64,000 bases of DNA from Mobula hypostoma (Eukaryota). The stretch covers positions 110,114,001 to 110,178,000 of the forward strand of contig NC_086107.1 of the NCBI RefSeq assembly GCF_963921235.1, read 5' to 3'. This document shows, piece by piece, positions 1 to 13,455 of this stretch (position 1 is its first letter; every line of letters begins with the position of its first letter). The notes under the pieces are model-generated. The model searched no databases. It had not been told where the DNA came from and worked only from the letters and a program-made list of their open reading frames with translations. The position numbers were made by a program, and so were the translations under genes.

Positions 1-29
1 CACATTGTTGCGTTAAATTCTGACAAGTT

Positions 30-430
30 GTGGCTGCTGTTATGCGATGGGTAGGTCACGTCACGCGAATGCTCACGAAACAGATGCTGTCCTCCCAGTC
101 AAAGGATGGTCAATGACCCATTGGTGAGCAAAGGAAACGCTTGAAAGATAATATCAAAATTAACCTGTAGAAATTCAACGTGACATCTATGAACTGGGAG
201 GACCATAGATACCCCTGGAGGAAATCTGCTCAAGAGGGAGCTGTGGTACATGTGGGCAACCTCTCACGAGTGAGACTGAACACCCAAAAGAGCCATCCAC
301 AAACCACAGCCACCACCTACTCTTGCCCACACTGCACAAGAACACGTGGATCCCCAGATCAACCTCTGCAGCCACACAAAGACCTGCCAATAGGCAACTC
401 CTTAGAACATCACACTCGACTCAAGTGATC
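30..430 (+). mobile_element. degenerate RTE-type LINE 3' fragment
   Basis: Remnant RWVGHV...RKRLKDNIK...WED...WRKSAQEG and C-terminal YSCPHC zinc-finger-like motif, with stops and frameshifts. Confidence 0.6.
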
Positions 431-934
431 GCACTACCCTATCTATATAGCTTATCGGTTAATAAAGTTTTAAACCATCAAATCTTCCTGTGCCAGTGTG
501 AACCTGTTCACCTCTTTCAGTGGAGTAGCATGCAGCTTGATACCTGTTACCTCCCCGGGATGATTTAAGTCATTGGAGACATTATATAAAATAGATATTA
601 TTATCCTCCAAAAACATAGATGCTCTCTATTAGTGTTCTCTGAACGATAATATGTTTGGAGCAACAGGAAATTATTTTAAGATCGGCTTTGTAAACATCA
701 TGTGCAGTAACTTCTCAAAGTCCAACCCTACACCCCTGTTACAAGAGGTGGAAATGGGTATGGCCGGCCAACAGGGCTCTGGTGAAGCTGTATAGGAAAA
801 TCCCCTGTGCAGTAGAGGCAATGGATTGCAAAAGCATTGATGAACTCCAACCATAACATCAACTTCGGAGGACAATGGAGATGGGAGGTCATCGATGGCT
901 TATGCTCCACTGGGAGCTAGGGGCCCACTTATAC

Positions 935-1838
935 TAAGATAGGTGGCGTTGTGGATAATGAAGTAGGTTTTCAAAGCTTGCAGAGTGACTTAGGCCAGTT
1001 AGAAGAGTGGGCTGAAAGATGGCAGATGGAGTTTAATGCTGATAAATGTGAGGTGCTACATTTTGGTAGGACTAATCAAAATAGGACATACATGGTAAAT
1101 GGTAAGGCATTGAAGAATGCAGTAGAACAGAGGGATCTAGGAATAACGGTGCATAGTTCCCTGAAGGTGGAATCTCATCTGGATAGGGTGGTGAAGAAAG
1201 CTTTTGGTATGCTGGCCTTTATAAATCAGAGCATTGAGTATAGGAGTTGGGATGTAATGTTGCAATTGTATAAGGGATTGGTAAGGCCAAATTTGGAGTA
1301 TTGTGTACAGGTCTGGTCACTGAATTATAGGAAAGATGTCAACAAAATTGAGAGAGTACAGAGAAGATTTACTAGACTGTTACCTGGGTTTCATCTCCTA
1401 AGTTACAGAGAAAGGTTGAGCAAGTTGGGTCTTTATTCTTTGGAGCGTAGAAGGTTGAGGGGGGACTTGATAGAGGTATTTAAAATTATGAGGGAGATAG
1501 ATAGAGTTGACGTGGATAGGCTTTTTCCGTTGAGAGTGGGGGAGATTCAAACAGGAGGACATGAGTTGAGAGTTAAAGGGCAAAAGTTTAGGGGTAACAT
1601 GAGGGGGAACTTCTTTACTCAGAGAGTGGTAGCTGTGTGGAACGAGCTTCCAGCAGAAGTGGTTGAGGCAGGTTCGATGTTGTCATTTAAAGTTAAATTG
1701 GATAGATATATGGACAGGAAAGGAATGGAGGGTTATGGGCTGAGTGCAGGTCGGTGGGACTAGGTGAGAGTAAGAGTTCGGCACCAACTAGAAGGGCCGA
1801 AATGGCCTGTTTCCGTGCTGTAATTGTTATATGGTTAT
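935..1838 (+). mobile_element. young 5'-truncated CR1 LINE (ORF2 RT C-terminus plus 3'UTR)
   Basis: Uninterrupted 270-aa ORF 951-1763 (WQMEFNADKCEVLHFG, RPNLEYCVQVW, LERRRLRGDLIEVFK, FFTQRVVAVWNELP); tail gttatatggttat. Confidence 0.92.
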
Positions 1839-2369
1839 TAAAAATTTGTAAATGTCATGTTCACTGTGCTGGCTGCACAGTCTGGCACTGAACCAACGCC
1901 AGGAAACTTGGCTCCACCTTGATCACAACTTTAGTCAAGATAGCCTATCTATATTTACAGTCTGTCCTACCTCACCTTGCGCTGCAGCAATAGGGAAATA
2001 TTTACCCGGGCTTTCTTATTTATTATTTCTTACACGCAGGTTACTTCTCTGAGGATCACCACCTTGTCACGACGGAGGGGCTTGTGAGTTCTTGAGATCG
2101 CAAGAGCGATGCCACCTGGTGTTAAATAACCATAAGGCACAATTAAACCATTCGTCCCATCGAGTCTGCTCTGCCATTTCATCATGGCTGATCCATGTCC
2201 CTCTCAACCCCTTGTTCTTGCCTTCTCCCCGTTTTATGCCCTGACTAATCAAGAATCTATCAAGCTCCTCCTTAAATACATACAATGACCTACCCCGCCC
2301 CCCCCCCCACAGCCACCTGTGGTAACAAATTCCACAGCTTCACCTCCCTCAGGCTGATCTCCATTCTGA

Positions 2370-3030
2370 ATCATAGCTCCCTACAGGACCTCCTCGCTCT
2401 TCCTACCCATGACAATATGTACCGAGACTTCCGGCTGATCACCCTCCCCCTTTAGAATGTCGTGGACCCAGTCCAAGACGTGCCTTACCCTGGCACCTGG
2501 GAGGCCACATACCATCTGGGTGTTTCTACTGCATCCACCGAACTCATATCTACTCCTCTAACTACGGAATTCCCTATCGCTACTGTAGTCCTCTTCTCCC
2601 CCCGCCACCCCCCCCGACTTTCCTTCTGGCCCACAGCGCCAGAGACCCAGTCGATGAGACTTCCCTGGTAGCTTCCTTCCCCACCCCCCCCAACAGTATC
2701 CAGAGTGGTACACTTATTATTGCAGGGAACAGCCACAGGGGTGTGGTACACTGGCTGCCCACTCGTTCTCTTCTCACCTTTACTTGCCTCCTGCAACTTA
2801 GGGGTGACTGCCTCCCTGTAGCTCCCGTCTATCACCTCCTCAGTTTCTCGTATGAGCCGGAAGCCATCGAGCTGCAACTCCAGTTCCTTGACATGTTCTC
2901 CGAGGAGCTGCAGCTCGAAGCACCTGGTGCAGACGTTGTTATCCGTGAGACTGGGCGCCTCCCAGAATCGCCACCTCTTACACAAAGAACACAACGTGGC
3001 TCCTGGAGCCGTATTGATGGCCAATGTTTC
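2370..3030 (-). mobile_element. CR1 LINE ORF1 fragment (Zn/leucine zipper plus esterase remnant)
   Basis: CTRCFELQLLGEHVKELELQLD... and VAIGNSVVRG (GDS-like esterase motif). Confidence 0.75.
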
Positions 3031-3139
3031 CTTTAAGGTGTGCGCGTACACATCTTTTGCGACTAGCACACAAAGGAATTTAACTGCACACAAAAGGTCA
3101 TCACCCTCTGTCTTAGTGGCATGTTAAGTATATTTCACG

Positions 3140-3815
3140 ATCACACACAATCACATTTCCTTTTCCGGTTTCTGATGCAGACGGTATTGACCACGTGGAG
3201 TTCGCGATGATTTGTCTGCAGATTTTAGAACGGGCTTATTTGTACTGTTTTTATTGAAGAAATTATCGATACACCATGTCGAAGTCCAAAGAAACGAAGG
3301 GCGTGAAGTGCAAGAGAATTGCTAGTTCATTTAAAGCGGACTGGCTTAATGAAACAGTAGAAACTGCTACACTGAAAGTTCATGAGGTCAGGAACGTGCA
3401 GCTACAAGAAATATTTATCTACAATGCAGAAACTGGTGTTACCTATGTGTATCGTCGTGATGGAAAAGTTGCTGGAGAATTTGCAAGTGGGAAGAAATGG
3501 AGTGATATTTGGAAACTTTTGACTTTTTTTCAATTTAGCAAGCAAATTACATACGAGTGGAGTGCAAAAGCTCTGGTGAGAAAATCGTTCATTACCCGCT
3601 ACATGCCTCTATGTATGCTTTGTGAGAGTGCAGACGAACGAGAGCGAAAGCAACCAAACCCAGAGGAGATCAAAGTTCTTATTGACAGTGTTTTGCTAGC
3701 TGTTAAAATGATACCTCTCTATATAAAATTCAGTTCACACATGCTGTCACTGGGCAAAAAAATTGCACAGCACAATTTTGCACGCACTGGTCATTACAAA
3801 TTAGAGGGATCATTG
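3140..3815 (+). mobile_element. degenerate DNA transposon (hAT-like) fragment
   Basis: MSKSKETKGVKCKRIASSFKADWLNE... resembles a hAT/TTF-zinc-finger transposase N-terminus; frameshifted. Confidence 0.4.
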
Positions 3816-3884
3816 TTCGTGGTCTTCTGCTGCTGTAGTCCGTCCACTTCAAAGTTCACCATATTGTGCGTTCAGAGATTCTCT

Positions 3885-4588
3885 TCTGTTTGTGGACTAC
3901 AGGAGGAATGGAGACAGGCTAATCAATGGATCTGGGGTTGAGGGTGAACAGCTTTAAATTCCTCGGCATACACATCACCGAGGGATCTCACGTGGTCTGT
4001 ACGTACCGGCTGTTTGGTGAAAAAAGCACAACAGCACCTCTTTCACCTCAGACGGTTGAGGAAGTTTGATATCGGCCCCCAAAATCCGAAGAACTTTCTA
4101 TAGGGGCACAATTGAGAGCATCCTGACTGGCTGCATCACTGCCTGGTATGAGAACTGTACCTCCCTCAATCGCAGGACTCTGCAGAGAGTGGTGCGGACA
4201 GCCCAGCGCATCTGTAGATGTGAACTTCCCACTATTCAGGACATTTACAAAGACAGGTGTGTAAAAAGGGCCCGAAGGATCATTGGGGACACGAGTCACC
4301 CCAACCACAAACTGTTCCAGCTGCTACCATCCGGGAAACAGTACTGCAGCATAAAAGCCAGGACCAACAGGCTCCGGGACAGCTTCTTCCACCAGGGTAT
4401 CAGACTGATTAATTCATGCTGATACAATTGCATTTATATGTTATATTGACTGTCCTGTTGTACATACTATTTATTACAGATTACTATAAATTGCACACTG
4501 CACATTTAGATGGAGATGTAACGTAAAGATTTCTTACTCATGTATATGAAGGGTGTAAGTAACAAAGTCCATTCAATTCAATTCAATT
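3885..4588 (+). mobile_element. Rex-Babar-type LINE 3' end
   Basis: FYRGTIESILTGCITAWY...LQRVVRTAQRI...SHPNHKLFQLLPSGK...RLRDSFF; (attca)n tail. Confidence 0.85.
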
Positions 4589-4879
4589 CGAAAGTGATTT
4601 AGTTCATTCTGAAACCAGAGTCTTAAATCTGAAAAAAAGCGATCTATGAAAGCGTGAGGCATAAGTTGAACTATAATGGATTGGAACAGTAATTAAAGGA
4701 TGAGAGGATAATAACAATGTTCTTTAAGAATTAATAACTAGTTTTAAATAACACATTTCCATTTAAGGCAAAAGCAAGGTGTGTAAATCAAGGGGAGATA
4801 TTAGAACAAAGGAGGTGGTGAATAATTTTGGAAGAAAAGCTGTGAGACAGAGATTTGGGAAAATTTCCAAGTTCAGGCC

Positions 4880-5565
4880 TAAGGATTTAATTGCTGTGAA
4901 GGAATTCTTACTCTTGTGGGATAACGTCTTCCCTGACCCTTGGGTGGGAGATCACTCTGCTTGGCAGGTGAGACTCATGGCCGTGAATCTCGGGTTCTGG
5001 GGCCTCCCCTGTGGTGGTTGTAGAAGTTGACTCCGGGACTGCTGGAAGTGGTTCTGACGGCTCTGGATGCCTTTCTTTTCTAACAATTAACCCTGCTGTT
5101 CTCCACTGATCAATTTGTCATCTCCAGATGACATTAGATGCAATCTCCACTGTGTAGGAGAGTGGTCCAGTTCTGTCCTTAATCTTTCATTAAACCCATC
5201 ACGGAACTGACAATGCTCAGACAATTTCTTCAATTCATCCATGTAAGTTGAAATGGACTCCCCTTCCTTTTCATTCCACTATTCACACCTAAAGCAATTC
5301 AGCAATCAGCAATGGTTTCATTTCTAAATGTTCCTGCATAATGTTCATGATATCAGCAAAGCTAATTTCAGCTGGTTTGGTTGGAGCAGTTAAACTTCTA
5401 AGCCAACTGCATTCTTTTCCACCTATTGTACTCAGTAACACTGGCACTCTCTTTTCATTGGCCATTTCATTTGCTTCAAAATACTGCTCAATTCATTCAG
5501 TATACATCATCCAGTTATCTGTTATGCAATCAAACACATTGATCTTTCCAATGTAGACAACCATT
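4880..5565 (-). mobile_element. internally deleted Gypsy LTR-retrotransposon remnant (gag joined to integrase C-terminus)
   Basis: Minus strand reads MVVYIGKINVFD...IEQYFEANEMANEKRVPVLLSTIGG...LRSLTAPTKP...GESISTYMDELKKLSEHCQF, then GKIKDRTGPLSYTVE; stops present. Confidence 0.75.
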
Positions 5566-6129
5566 TCAGCTGTTTTTAAAAATTTACTTTCATTATCACC
5601 TGGCACTCGCTGTTTATAAACGCTGCACTTGCCACCCGCCAGTTTCGTTCGTTTTCTGTCTTTTCTTTAATTCGAACGTCTCTCTCCTCTTCCAAAGAAC
5701 GGAAGTCCGGGAAATGGAGGAGAAGCAGGTGAGGGCGCCATCAATGGTAAAGGAAGGGATACCCCATTCTGTGAAGAAAGAGGACATCCCTGCTGCGGCA
5801 GAGTTCCTTGTAGAGATGCTCTACAGTGGGGAAGGCTTTGCCTGTGATGGGCCGGGGTTGGATCCACTACTTTTAGTAGGCTTTTCCATTCTTGGGCGTT
5901 GGTGTTTCCATACCAGGCCATGATGCCACCAGTCGGGATTCGCTCCACTGTGCGCCTATAGAAGGAAATAATATATAATCTATATTAGGAAGGAAAACAA
6001 AGTGTTGGCTTCATTTGCAGGAGGATTTGAGTTCAAAGACTAGTACATCTTGCTCCAAATATACTGTAAGTGTGGTGTTGCTGCATCTGGAATATCATGG
6101 AGACTTCTTGTCTTCCTACAGAAAGAAAA

Positions 6130-6775
6130 TTAGATTAGATTAGATTATGAGGACACGCAGTCCTCTTTTATTGTCATTTAGTAATGCATGCATTAAGAAA
6201 TGATACAATGTTTTTCCAGAATGATATCACAGAAACACATGACAAACCGACTTAAAAACTAACAAAAACCACATAATTATAACATATAGTTACAACAGTG
6301 CAAAGCAATACCGTAATTTGATAAGAACAGACCATGGGCACGGTAAAAGTCTCAAAGTCTCTTGAAAGTCCCATCATCTCACGCAGACGGTGAACCTCCA
6401 GCACCGCCAACTTGCCGGTGCAGCATCCCGGAAGCATCCGACCACAGTCCAACTCCGAGTCTGTCCGAAAACTCCGAGCCTCCGACCACCTCTCCGACAC
6501 CGAGCACCATCTCTGCCGAGCACTTCGACCCCAGCCCCGGCAACAGGCAACAGGCAAAGCCGAGGATTTGGGGCCTTCCCTCCAGAGATTCTTGATCGCA
6601 CAGTAGCAGTGGCAGCGAAGCGGGCATTTCAGAAGTTTCTCCAGATGTTCCTCTGTGCTTCTCACGGCTGTCTCCATCAAATCCGGATTGTGCACGGCCC
6701 CTATTTAACACATACGATATTCATTCGGAATGGCCGCGTGCGCTGCGTCGCGCCGCCATCTTCTCCTCCCTCCCT
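6130..6775 (-). mobile_element. non-autonomous retroelement with GC-rich 5' end and (TCTAA)n tail, inserted in CR1 sequence
   Basis: 5' end GGGAGGAGAAGATGGCGGCG (YY1-like), CpG-rich body, tagat repeats at 6131-6146. Confidence 0.6.
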
Positions 6776-6834
6776 GATGCATTTATGACCGAGGGAGTAA
6801 AGTTCACCATGATGATTGGATTATAGATAGCAGT

Positions 6835-7370
6835 TTTGAGCCACTTATCTGAGAAAGGTTGAGCTAGCATTAGAGAGAATCCAGAGAAGGCTCACGAGAA
6901 TGACCCCGGGAATGAGAGAGTTAACGTATGAGGAGCGTTTATTGGCTCTGGGCCTGTACTTGCTGGAATTTAGAAGAATATGGCGGTGGGGGGTCTCTCA
7001 TCGAAACCTATTGAATATTGAAAGGCCGGAACAGAGTGGATGTGGAGAGGACGTTTCCTATAGTTGTGGTGTCTAGGACCAGAGGGCACAATCTCAGAAT
7101 ACAAGTACGTCCCTTTAGAACAGAGATGAGGAAGAATTTTTTTAGCTAAAGGGAAGTGAATCTGTGGAATTCATTGCCACAAACGGCTGTAGAGACAGTT
7201 CATTAGGTATATTTAAAGAGGAGGTTGATAGATCCTTGACTAGTAAGGACGCCAAAGGTTACGGGGAGAAGGCAGGAGAATGGGATCGAGAAGGAAAATA
7301 TATCAGCATGATGGAATGGAGAGGCAGATTTGATGGGCCGAACAGCCTAATTCAACTCCTGTGTCTGATG
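6835..7370 (+). mobile_element. older CR1 LINE 3' fragment (similar copies at ~9180-9510, 27045-27360, 28215-28780, 56955-57480, and 63200-63720 on minus)
   Basis: Recurring ctgggcctgtact...tttagaagaat...ctcattgaaaccta...tctaggaccagagggcaca...gatgggccgaa motif. Confidence 0.85.
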
Positions 7371-10089
7371 ATCACTGTAGTAGTGGGTTTGTCACATGAG
7401 GAACAATTTGACATTCTGTGCCTATATTCTCATATGGTTGGAAGAGTAAGAAGTGAAGTCCGTGAAGTATGTGATGATTTTCCCCCTTTTGGGTGGGGAT
7501 CAGTGGGGCGAATCCAGAACGGAATGAGTCAGCCATTCAGAATAGCGATGAGAGAAAAGAAATTCTTCACCCGAGATCTTTGGAATTTGCCACCCAATAG
7601 GGCCCAGTCAAAGCTCAAAGCTCAAAGTACATTTATCATCAAAGTATCTATTCTGCATACAACCTTGCGATCCGTCTTCTTGCCAGCAGGATAGTCGGTA
7701 GTGGTAATCGGAACCCCCTTCTCCTTATACAAACTTTTAATCCAATTTTGAATCCTCTTTTCCGCTGACTTATAGAGGAACCACACTTGTGACTAGGGAC
7801 TGCCGTCCGAGATTCATTGACTTTGAGAAGCGATAGATTTTTTTAGTCACTTTAAAACGGCGTTGCTTACTGTATTGTCCACGGCCGGCTAAAGCAGGAA
7901 TATTTGATCATTTCCATCAGGGCTGCTTGCATGAGTCGCCTTCTTAATGGTGCCCCAGAAGATTAGGAGCTTCGGGGAGTGCTGCCTCAAAAAGGCATCA
8001 TTAAAAACCCCCATCACTCAGGATAGGCCCTCTTTTCACTGCTACCATCAGGAAGGAGGTACAGGAGCCTGAAGGCACACACTCAATGATTCAGGAACAG
8101 CTTCTTCCCCTCCGCCATCCAATTTCTGAATGAACATTGAACCCATGTAGTACCTCACTACTTTTTTTTCTCTTTTTACACTATTTATCTAATTTAACTT
8201 TATATACTATATATGTACTTCTTACCAGAATTTACAGTTTTTATTATTATATATTACAATGTCCTGCTGATGCGCAACAGCAAAGTTCACGACATTATGT
8301 CAGTGATATTAATTCTAATTTTTGCAGGCAGACACAAGACAAAGAAACACCATAGAAACCATTTAAAGAAAAAACCCCACACAACAAAGACCTTCAAACG
8401 CATGAGAAAAAGAGCAAATCGCGCAAACAAAAGGCGAACAAGTAGCACACAGAAGATTAAACCTCAAGCCACAGAGTCCCTGAAAGTGAGACCACAGCCA
8501 CGGGCCGCCGAGGCGAGGGAGGCCGGTCCAGGAGCCGTCGGCCGCTACCACGACCACCGAGTCAGTCAGTTCAGCTGCGTGTCGAGGGCCGCGGATCCAG
8601 TTCCGCGCCAAAGCGCCCTCCGATCAAATCACGCAAATAGCAGAGCGCATTCGGCGCCGAGGAGATTGAACATCAAAGCTGGTGTGGCGATCAAACCTTG
8701 CAGCGTGGGACCCAAGCGTCTTCCTCTACCAGTCACTCAATATATTAAAGAATAGAGATAGATTAATGGATGTGTGGTGGTCAGTTCAGGAAAGTGGAAC
8801 TGAAGTAAAAGAAAAATCATATTGAATGGCGAGGCAAAACTGAACGGCTGATAGCCTATTCCTGCTTCTGCATGTTACCTCCTTATGACCCTATTCCATT
8901 CTGTAAGGTGATGTCCTTGTTCCACATTCCCCCATCTTGTCCTCCTAGAAACTGTAATTGTCACCTACGGATGGCACAACGGCAGTAATGGTAGACGCAA
9001 TGCTTTACGGTACCAGCAATCAGCAATTAGAGTTCAATTCGCACCGCTGTCTGTGAAGAGTTTCTGTTACCCTTGTAATTGTGTGGGTTTCCTCTGGGTG
9101 CTCCAGTTTTTGAGAACATACGGGTTAGGGTTAGTGAGCTGTAGGCATGCTATGTTGGCCCTGGAAACATGGCGACGTGGGGAGGATGTTTCCTATAATG
9201 GGAGAGTCTAGGACCAGAGGGCACAGCTTCAAGACACAAGGAGGTCCCTTTAGAACAGAGGTGAGGAGGGATTTCTTTAGCCAGAGGGTAATGAATCTGC
9301 GGAATTCATTGCAACAGACGGCTGTGGAGGCCAGTCATTGGGTATATTTAAAGTCAATGTTGATAGATTCTTGTGTAGTAAGGCCATCAAAGGGTACGGG
9401 GAGAAGGCAGGAGAATGGGGTTGAGAGGGATAATATGTCAGCCATGATGGAATGGCAGAGCAGACTCGATGGGCTGAATGACCTAATTCTGCTCCTATGT
9501 CTTATGGTTTTATGGACATTTGCAGGCTGCCCCCAATTTTTTACAATCTCAAGACTCTACTGGACATTAAGAGGTAAGTCTACCCTATCAGTGAGTTGCT
9601 CATTGGTGGAGAAACTGAAGGAGCTGGATTTGGTACGGACTGTGATGTTGCCTGTGACACAAAGGCGTCAGTGCTTGAAGAAGGTGTGCAATATAACAGT
9701 GAGTGATTGTCCGAGCTGCTTTTCTGGTGATCACAAGACCCTGTTGGACATTGTTAATGTGGAATGCTGCAAGTCTGATTCGCTGTTTTATTGGTGAACG
9801 GTAGGGCCGGAAAGCGAGGTTGCTGCATGGCCTCAGTTGTAGTGAGGACTGGGCCTCAAGCTGTGGTATCACCTATTTGCAGCTGCCCAGGGGGAGGCGT
9901 CGGTGTTTTGAGTGCTGGAGGCGGTGTGGCGTGGTGTCCATGCTGTTCTCCAGCTCGGCAGAAGACAAGCCGTATTATGTTCGACTGTGGACTGCTGCAA
10001 CATTCATGGACTCAGGGTTTTGGACTATTTATTTTGGTGTGACTGTATTTTACTGATATCTTATATGTGCTTTCTGTCTTCTATGTGTT

Positions 10090-10877
10090 ATATGTGGTGT
10101 GAGCAGAATTATCTGCAGCTTAATGTGAAAAAGACTAGGGAGCTGGTGGTAGACCTGAGGAGAGCTAAGGTACCGGTGACCCCTGTTTCCATCCAGTGGT
10201 CAGTGTGGACATGGTGGAGGATTACAAATACCTGGGGATACAAATTGACAATAAACTGGACTGGTCAAAGAACACTGAGGCTGTCTACAAGAAGGGTCAG
10301 AGCTGTCTCTATTTCCTGAGGAGACTGAGATCCTTTAACATCTGCCGGACGATGCTGAGGATGTTCTACGAGCCTGTGGTGGCCAGTGCGATCATGTTTA
10401 TTGTTGTGTGCTGGGACAGCAGGCTGAGGGTAGCAGACACCAACAGAATCAACAAACTCATTCGTAAGGCCAGTGATGTTGTGGGGATGGAACTGGACTC
10501 TCTGACGGTGGTGTCTGAAAAGAGGATGCTGTCCAAGTTGCATGCCATCTTGGACAATGTCTCCCATCCACTACATAATGTACTGGTTGGGCACAGAAGT
10601 ACATTCAGCCAGAGACTCATTCCACCGAGATGCAACACAGAGCGTCACAGGAAGTCATTCCTGCCTGTGGCCATCAAACTTTACAACTCCTCCCTTGGAG
10701 GGTCAGACACCTTGAGCCAATAGGCTGGTCCTAGACTTATTTCCTGGCATAATTTACATATTACTATTTAATTATTTATGGTTTTATTACTATTTAATTA
10801 TTCATGGCGCAACTGTGACGAAAACCAATTTCCCCCGGGATCAATAAAGTATGACTATGACTATGACTATGACTATA
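10090..10877 (+). mobile_element. Rex-Babar-type LINE 3' end, relatively young
   Basis: YKYLGIQIDNKLDWSKNT...LYFLRRLRSFN...SHPLH...RHRKSFLPVAIKLYN; (ctatga)n tail at 10850-10877. Confidence 0.88.
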
Positions 10878-12149
10878 TCGTGTATGACTGTTTGTATCAT
10901 GTTTTTGCACTTTGGCCCAGGACTAACACTATTTAGTTTGCCTGTATTCATGGATATTCCAGTATGGTTGAATGACAGTTGAACTGGAACTTAATATAAC
11001 CCAAGTCCCTGTGTGGGATGTCTAGATTGATGGTAAGTTGTCCTGGTCCAGCTTGCTCTTCCACCCAGTGAACACCAGAGGGCAGCACAATCTCATTGTC
11101 TCCTCCCTTGATCAACTGCTGCTAATCTTTAGGAATGTTGTACACATGAACTAATGTTATTTCTACCATCCTGGCTTTGTGGTTTTTACAGTGGAATTCA
11201 CCCAAAGCTTCCTGTTCATGCTCAGCTGGATGTCCGTCTGTAGGACTACTCCACCGCCACACTTGTTACAAGCCAGTCATCAATGGCGCCGGTACCGGGC
11301 TGCAACTAAAGCAATCCTGTAGAGAATTCTTTAGAGATGGTCTTCAGGTTTTGAGCGCGGTCCCACATCAGTGAAAGCTGATTAGTGTTGAGGAAGGAAA
11401 GGTCAGAAAGGATCTGTGATAGGATGGAAGTAGCCAGTGTCAGTGATCGCCAATCCAGGCTCGATTCCCGTAAGAAGTTTATACCTTCTCCCCATGACTG
11501 CGTGGGAGGCTCCGGATTCCCCCCACATTCCAAACACATACGGATTAGGGTTCAGATTATTGAGTTGTGGGCATGCTATGTTGGTGTGGTAACACTTGCC
11601 TGCCCCAAGCACACCCTTACACTGTGTTGGCCACTGATGCAAATCACTGTATGTTTCGCTGTACATGTGACAAATACAGCTAATCTTTATCTTAAACCTT
11701 CAATGAATCGCCCACGTCAGACAACTCTATTCTTTGCCAAGACTGTAAAAGGAGTCAAACAAGAAAAAGAACAATGAAGCAAGACAAAATGGGGGGCAAT
11801 GGTTTGAGAAAGAGAAAGCATGTAGTCTCCCTCTTTGTGAACCTGCATTTCTCTAATTCTCCGTTTCCTACACAGAGACCTCGGGTGAAAAGTGTATCTG
11901 TGGTTACCAGTCAGGGGCAGCTAAAGGTCCCAATGTCTGGCCTGGCCTGCCTGTTACGCCACTGGCGTTTAGGGCAGCAATGAAGGTCCTCCATCTCTGG
12001 TGGTGTTCAGGGCTTCCTTCATCACATCAGTAGCTTCCTCTCAGATTTCACTACTGTCAGTCATGCAACTCCCGGGTGGAGACTCAGGAATACCATCACA
12101 CTCAGATGTAGAATGATTCTTCATTGCTGTTTTTGCTTTACCATTCAGG

Positions 12150-13455
12150 ATTGTGAGCCCTGAGCTATGTGGCTAAGTACCACTCCAACACCATATACAA
12201 GTTTGCTGATGACACCACTGTTGTGGGCCGTATCAAAGGTGGTGATGAATCAGCTTACAGAAGAGAGACTGAAAATTTGGCTGAGTGGTGTCATAACAAC
12301 AACCTCTCAGTCAATGTCAATACGACCAAGGAACCGATTGTAGGCTTCAGGAAAGGGAAACCAGAAGTCCATGAGCCAGCAATCATCAGAGGTGGAGAGG
12401 GTCAATAACTTTAAGTTCCTGGGTGTCACTATCTCAGAGGACCTGTCCTGGACCATCATATAAACGTAGATGCACAAAAAGCACCACAACACCTCTGCTT
12501 CCTCAGGAGTCTGCGGAGACTTGGCATGTCATCACAAACTTTGGCAAACCTCTATAGATTTGTGGTGGAAAGTGTGCTGACTGTCTGCATTATGGCCTGG
12601 TATGAGAACACCAAAGCCTTTGAACAGAAAATCTTACAAAAGGTAGTGGATTCAGCCTAGAGTGTCACGGGTAAAACCCTCCCAACCATTGAGCACATCT
12701 ACATGGAATGCTGGTGGTGAAAGATGGCATCTTGCTGTTCTGGTTAACAACAGATGGTGCAATCCTGGTCATATTACAATCAAGGAACATGTTTGTAGCC
12801 CGGATATTGAACCTTTTGCTGTTGGACTCCGGCCATATTCCACCGAGATACAACACTGGGTGTCACAGGAGGTCGTTCCTGCCTGTGGCCATCGAACTTC
12901 GCAGCTCCTCCTGTGGAGGGTCAGACACTCTGAGCTAATAGGCTGGTCCTGGACTTATTTCCATCTGGCATAGTTTGCATATTGTTGTTTGATCGTTTGT
13001 GGTTTTGTATTGCTATATTTATGCTCTATTCTTGGCAGCTGTAACGAAACCCAACTTCCCTCGGGTTCAGTAAAGTATATCTATCTATCTATCTATCCAT
13101 CATCAGGGTCCCCCACCGCCCAAGCCATGCTCTCTTCTCACTGCTTCCATCAGGCAGTGGGTACAAGAGCAGAACTCGCACCACCAGGTTCAAGAACAGT
13201 TACTACCCCTCAACCATCAGGCACTTGAACCACTCATTCTACTTCTGGTGTCCCCACAACTGATGGTCTCACTTTAAGGACTCTTTATCTTGTTATTTCA
13301 CGCTCTTGTTATTTATTGCTATTTATTGCTATTTATTTATATTTGCATTTGCACAGTTAGTTGTTCATCGATCCTGTTTACAGTTTCAGTTCTGTAGATT
13401 TGCTAAGTATACCCGCAGGAAAAAAGAATCACGGGGTTGTATGTGGTGACATGTG
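12150..13455 (+). mobile_element. nested Rex-Babar-type LINE fragments
   Basis: KFADDTTVVGRI...LAEWCHNNNL RT motif; an inner copy (~12710-13095) ends in (tatc)n. Confidence 0.75.

Noticed and set aside
6252..6788. overlapping GC-rich ORFs as a host gene or CpG-island promoter
   Set aside because: They lie within a tailed non-autonomous retroelement; no recognisable protein
8137..9797. long ORFs 8213-8755 and 9147-9797
   Set aside because: Chance read-through of adjoining repeat fragments (Rex, CR1, SINE); low-complexity translations
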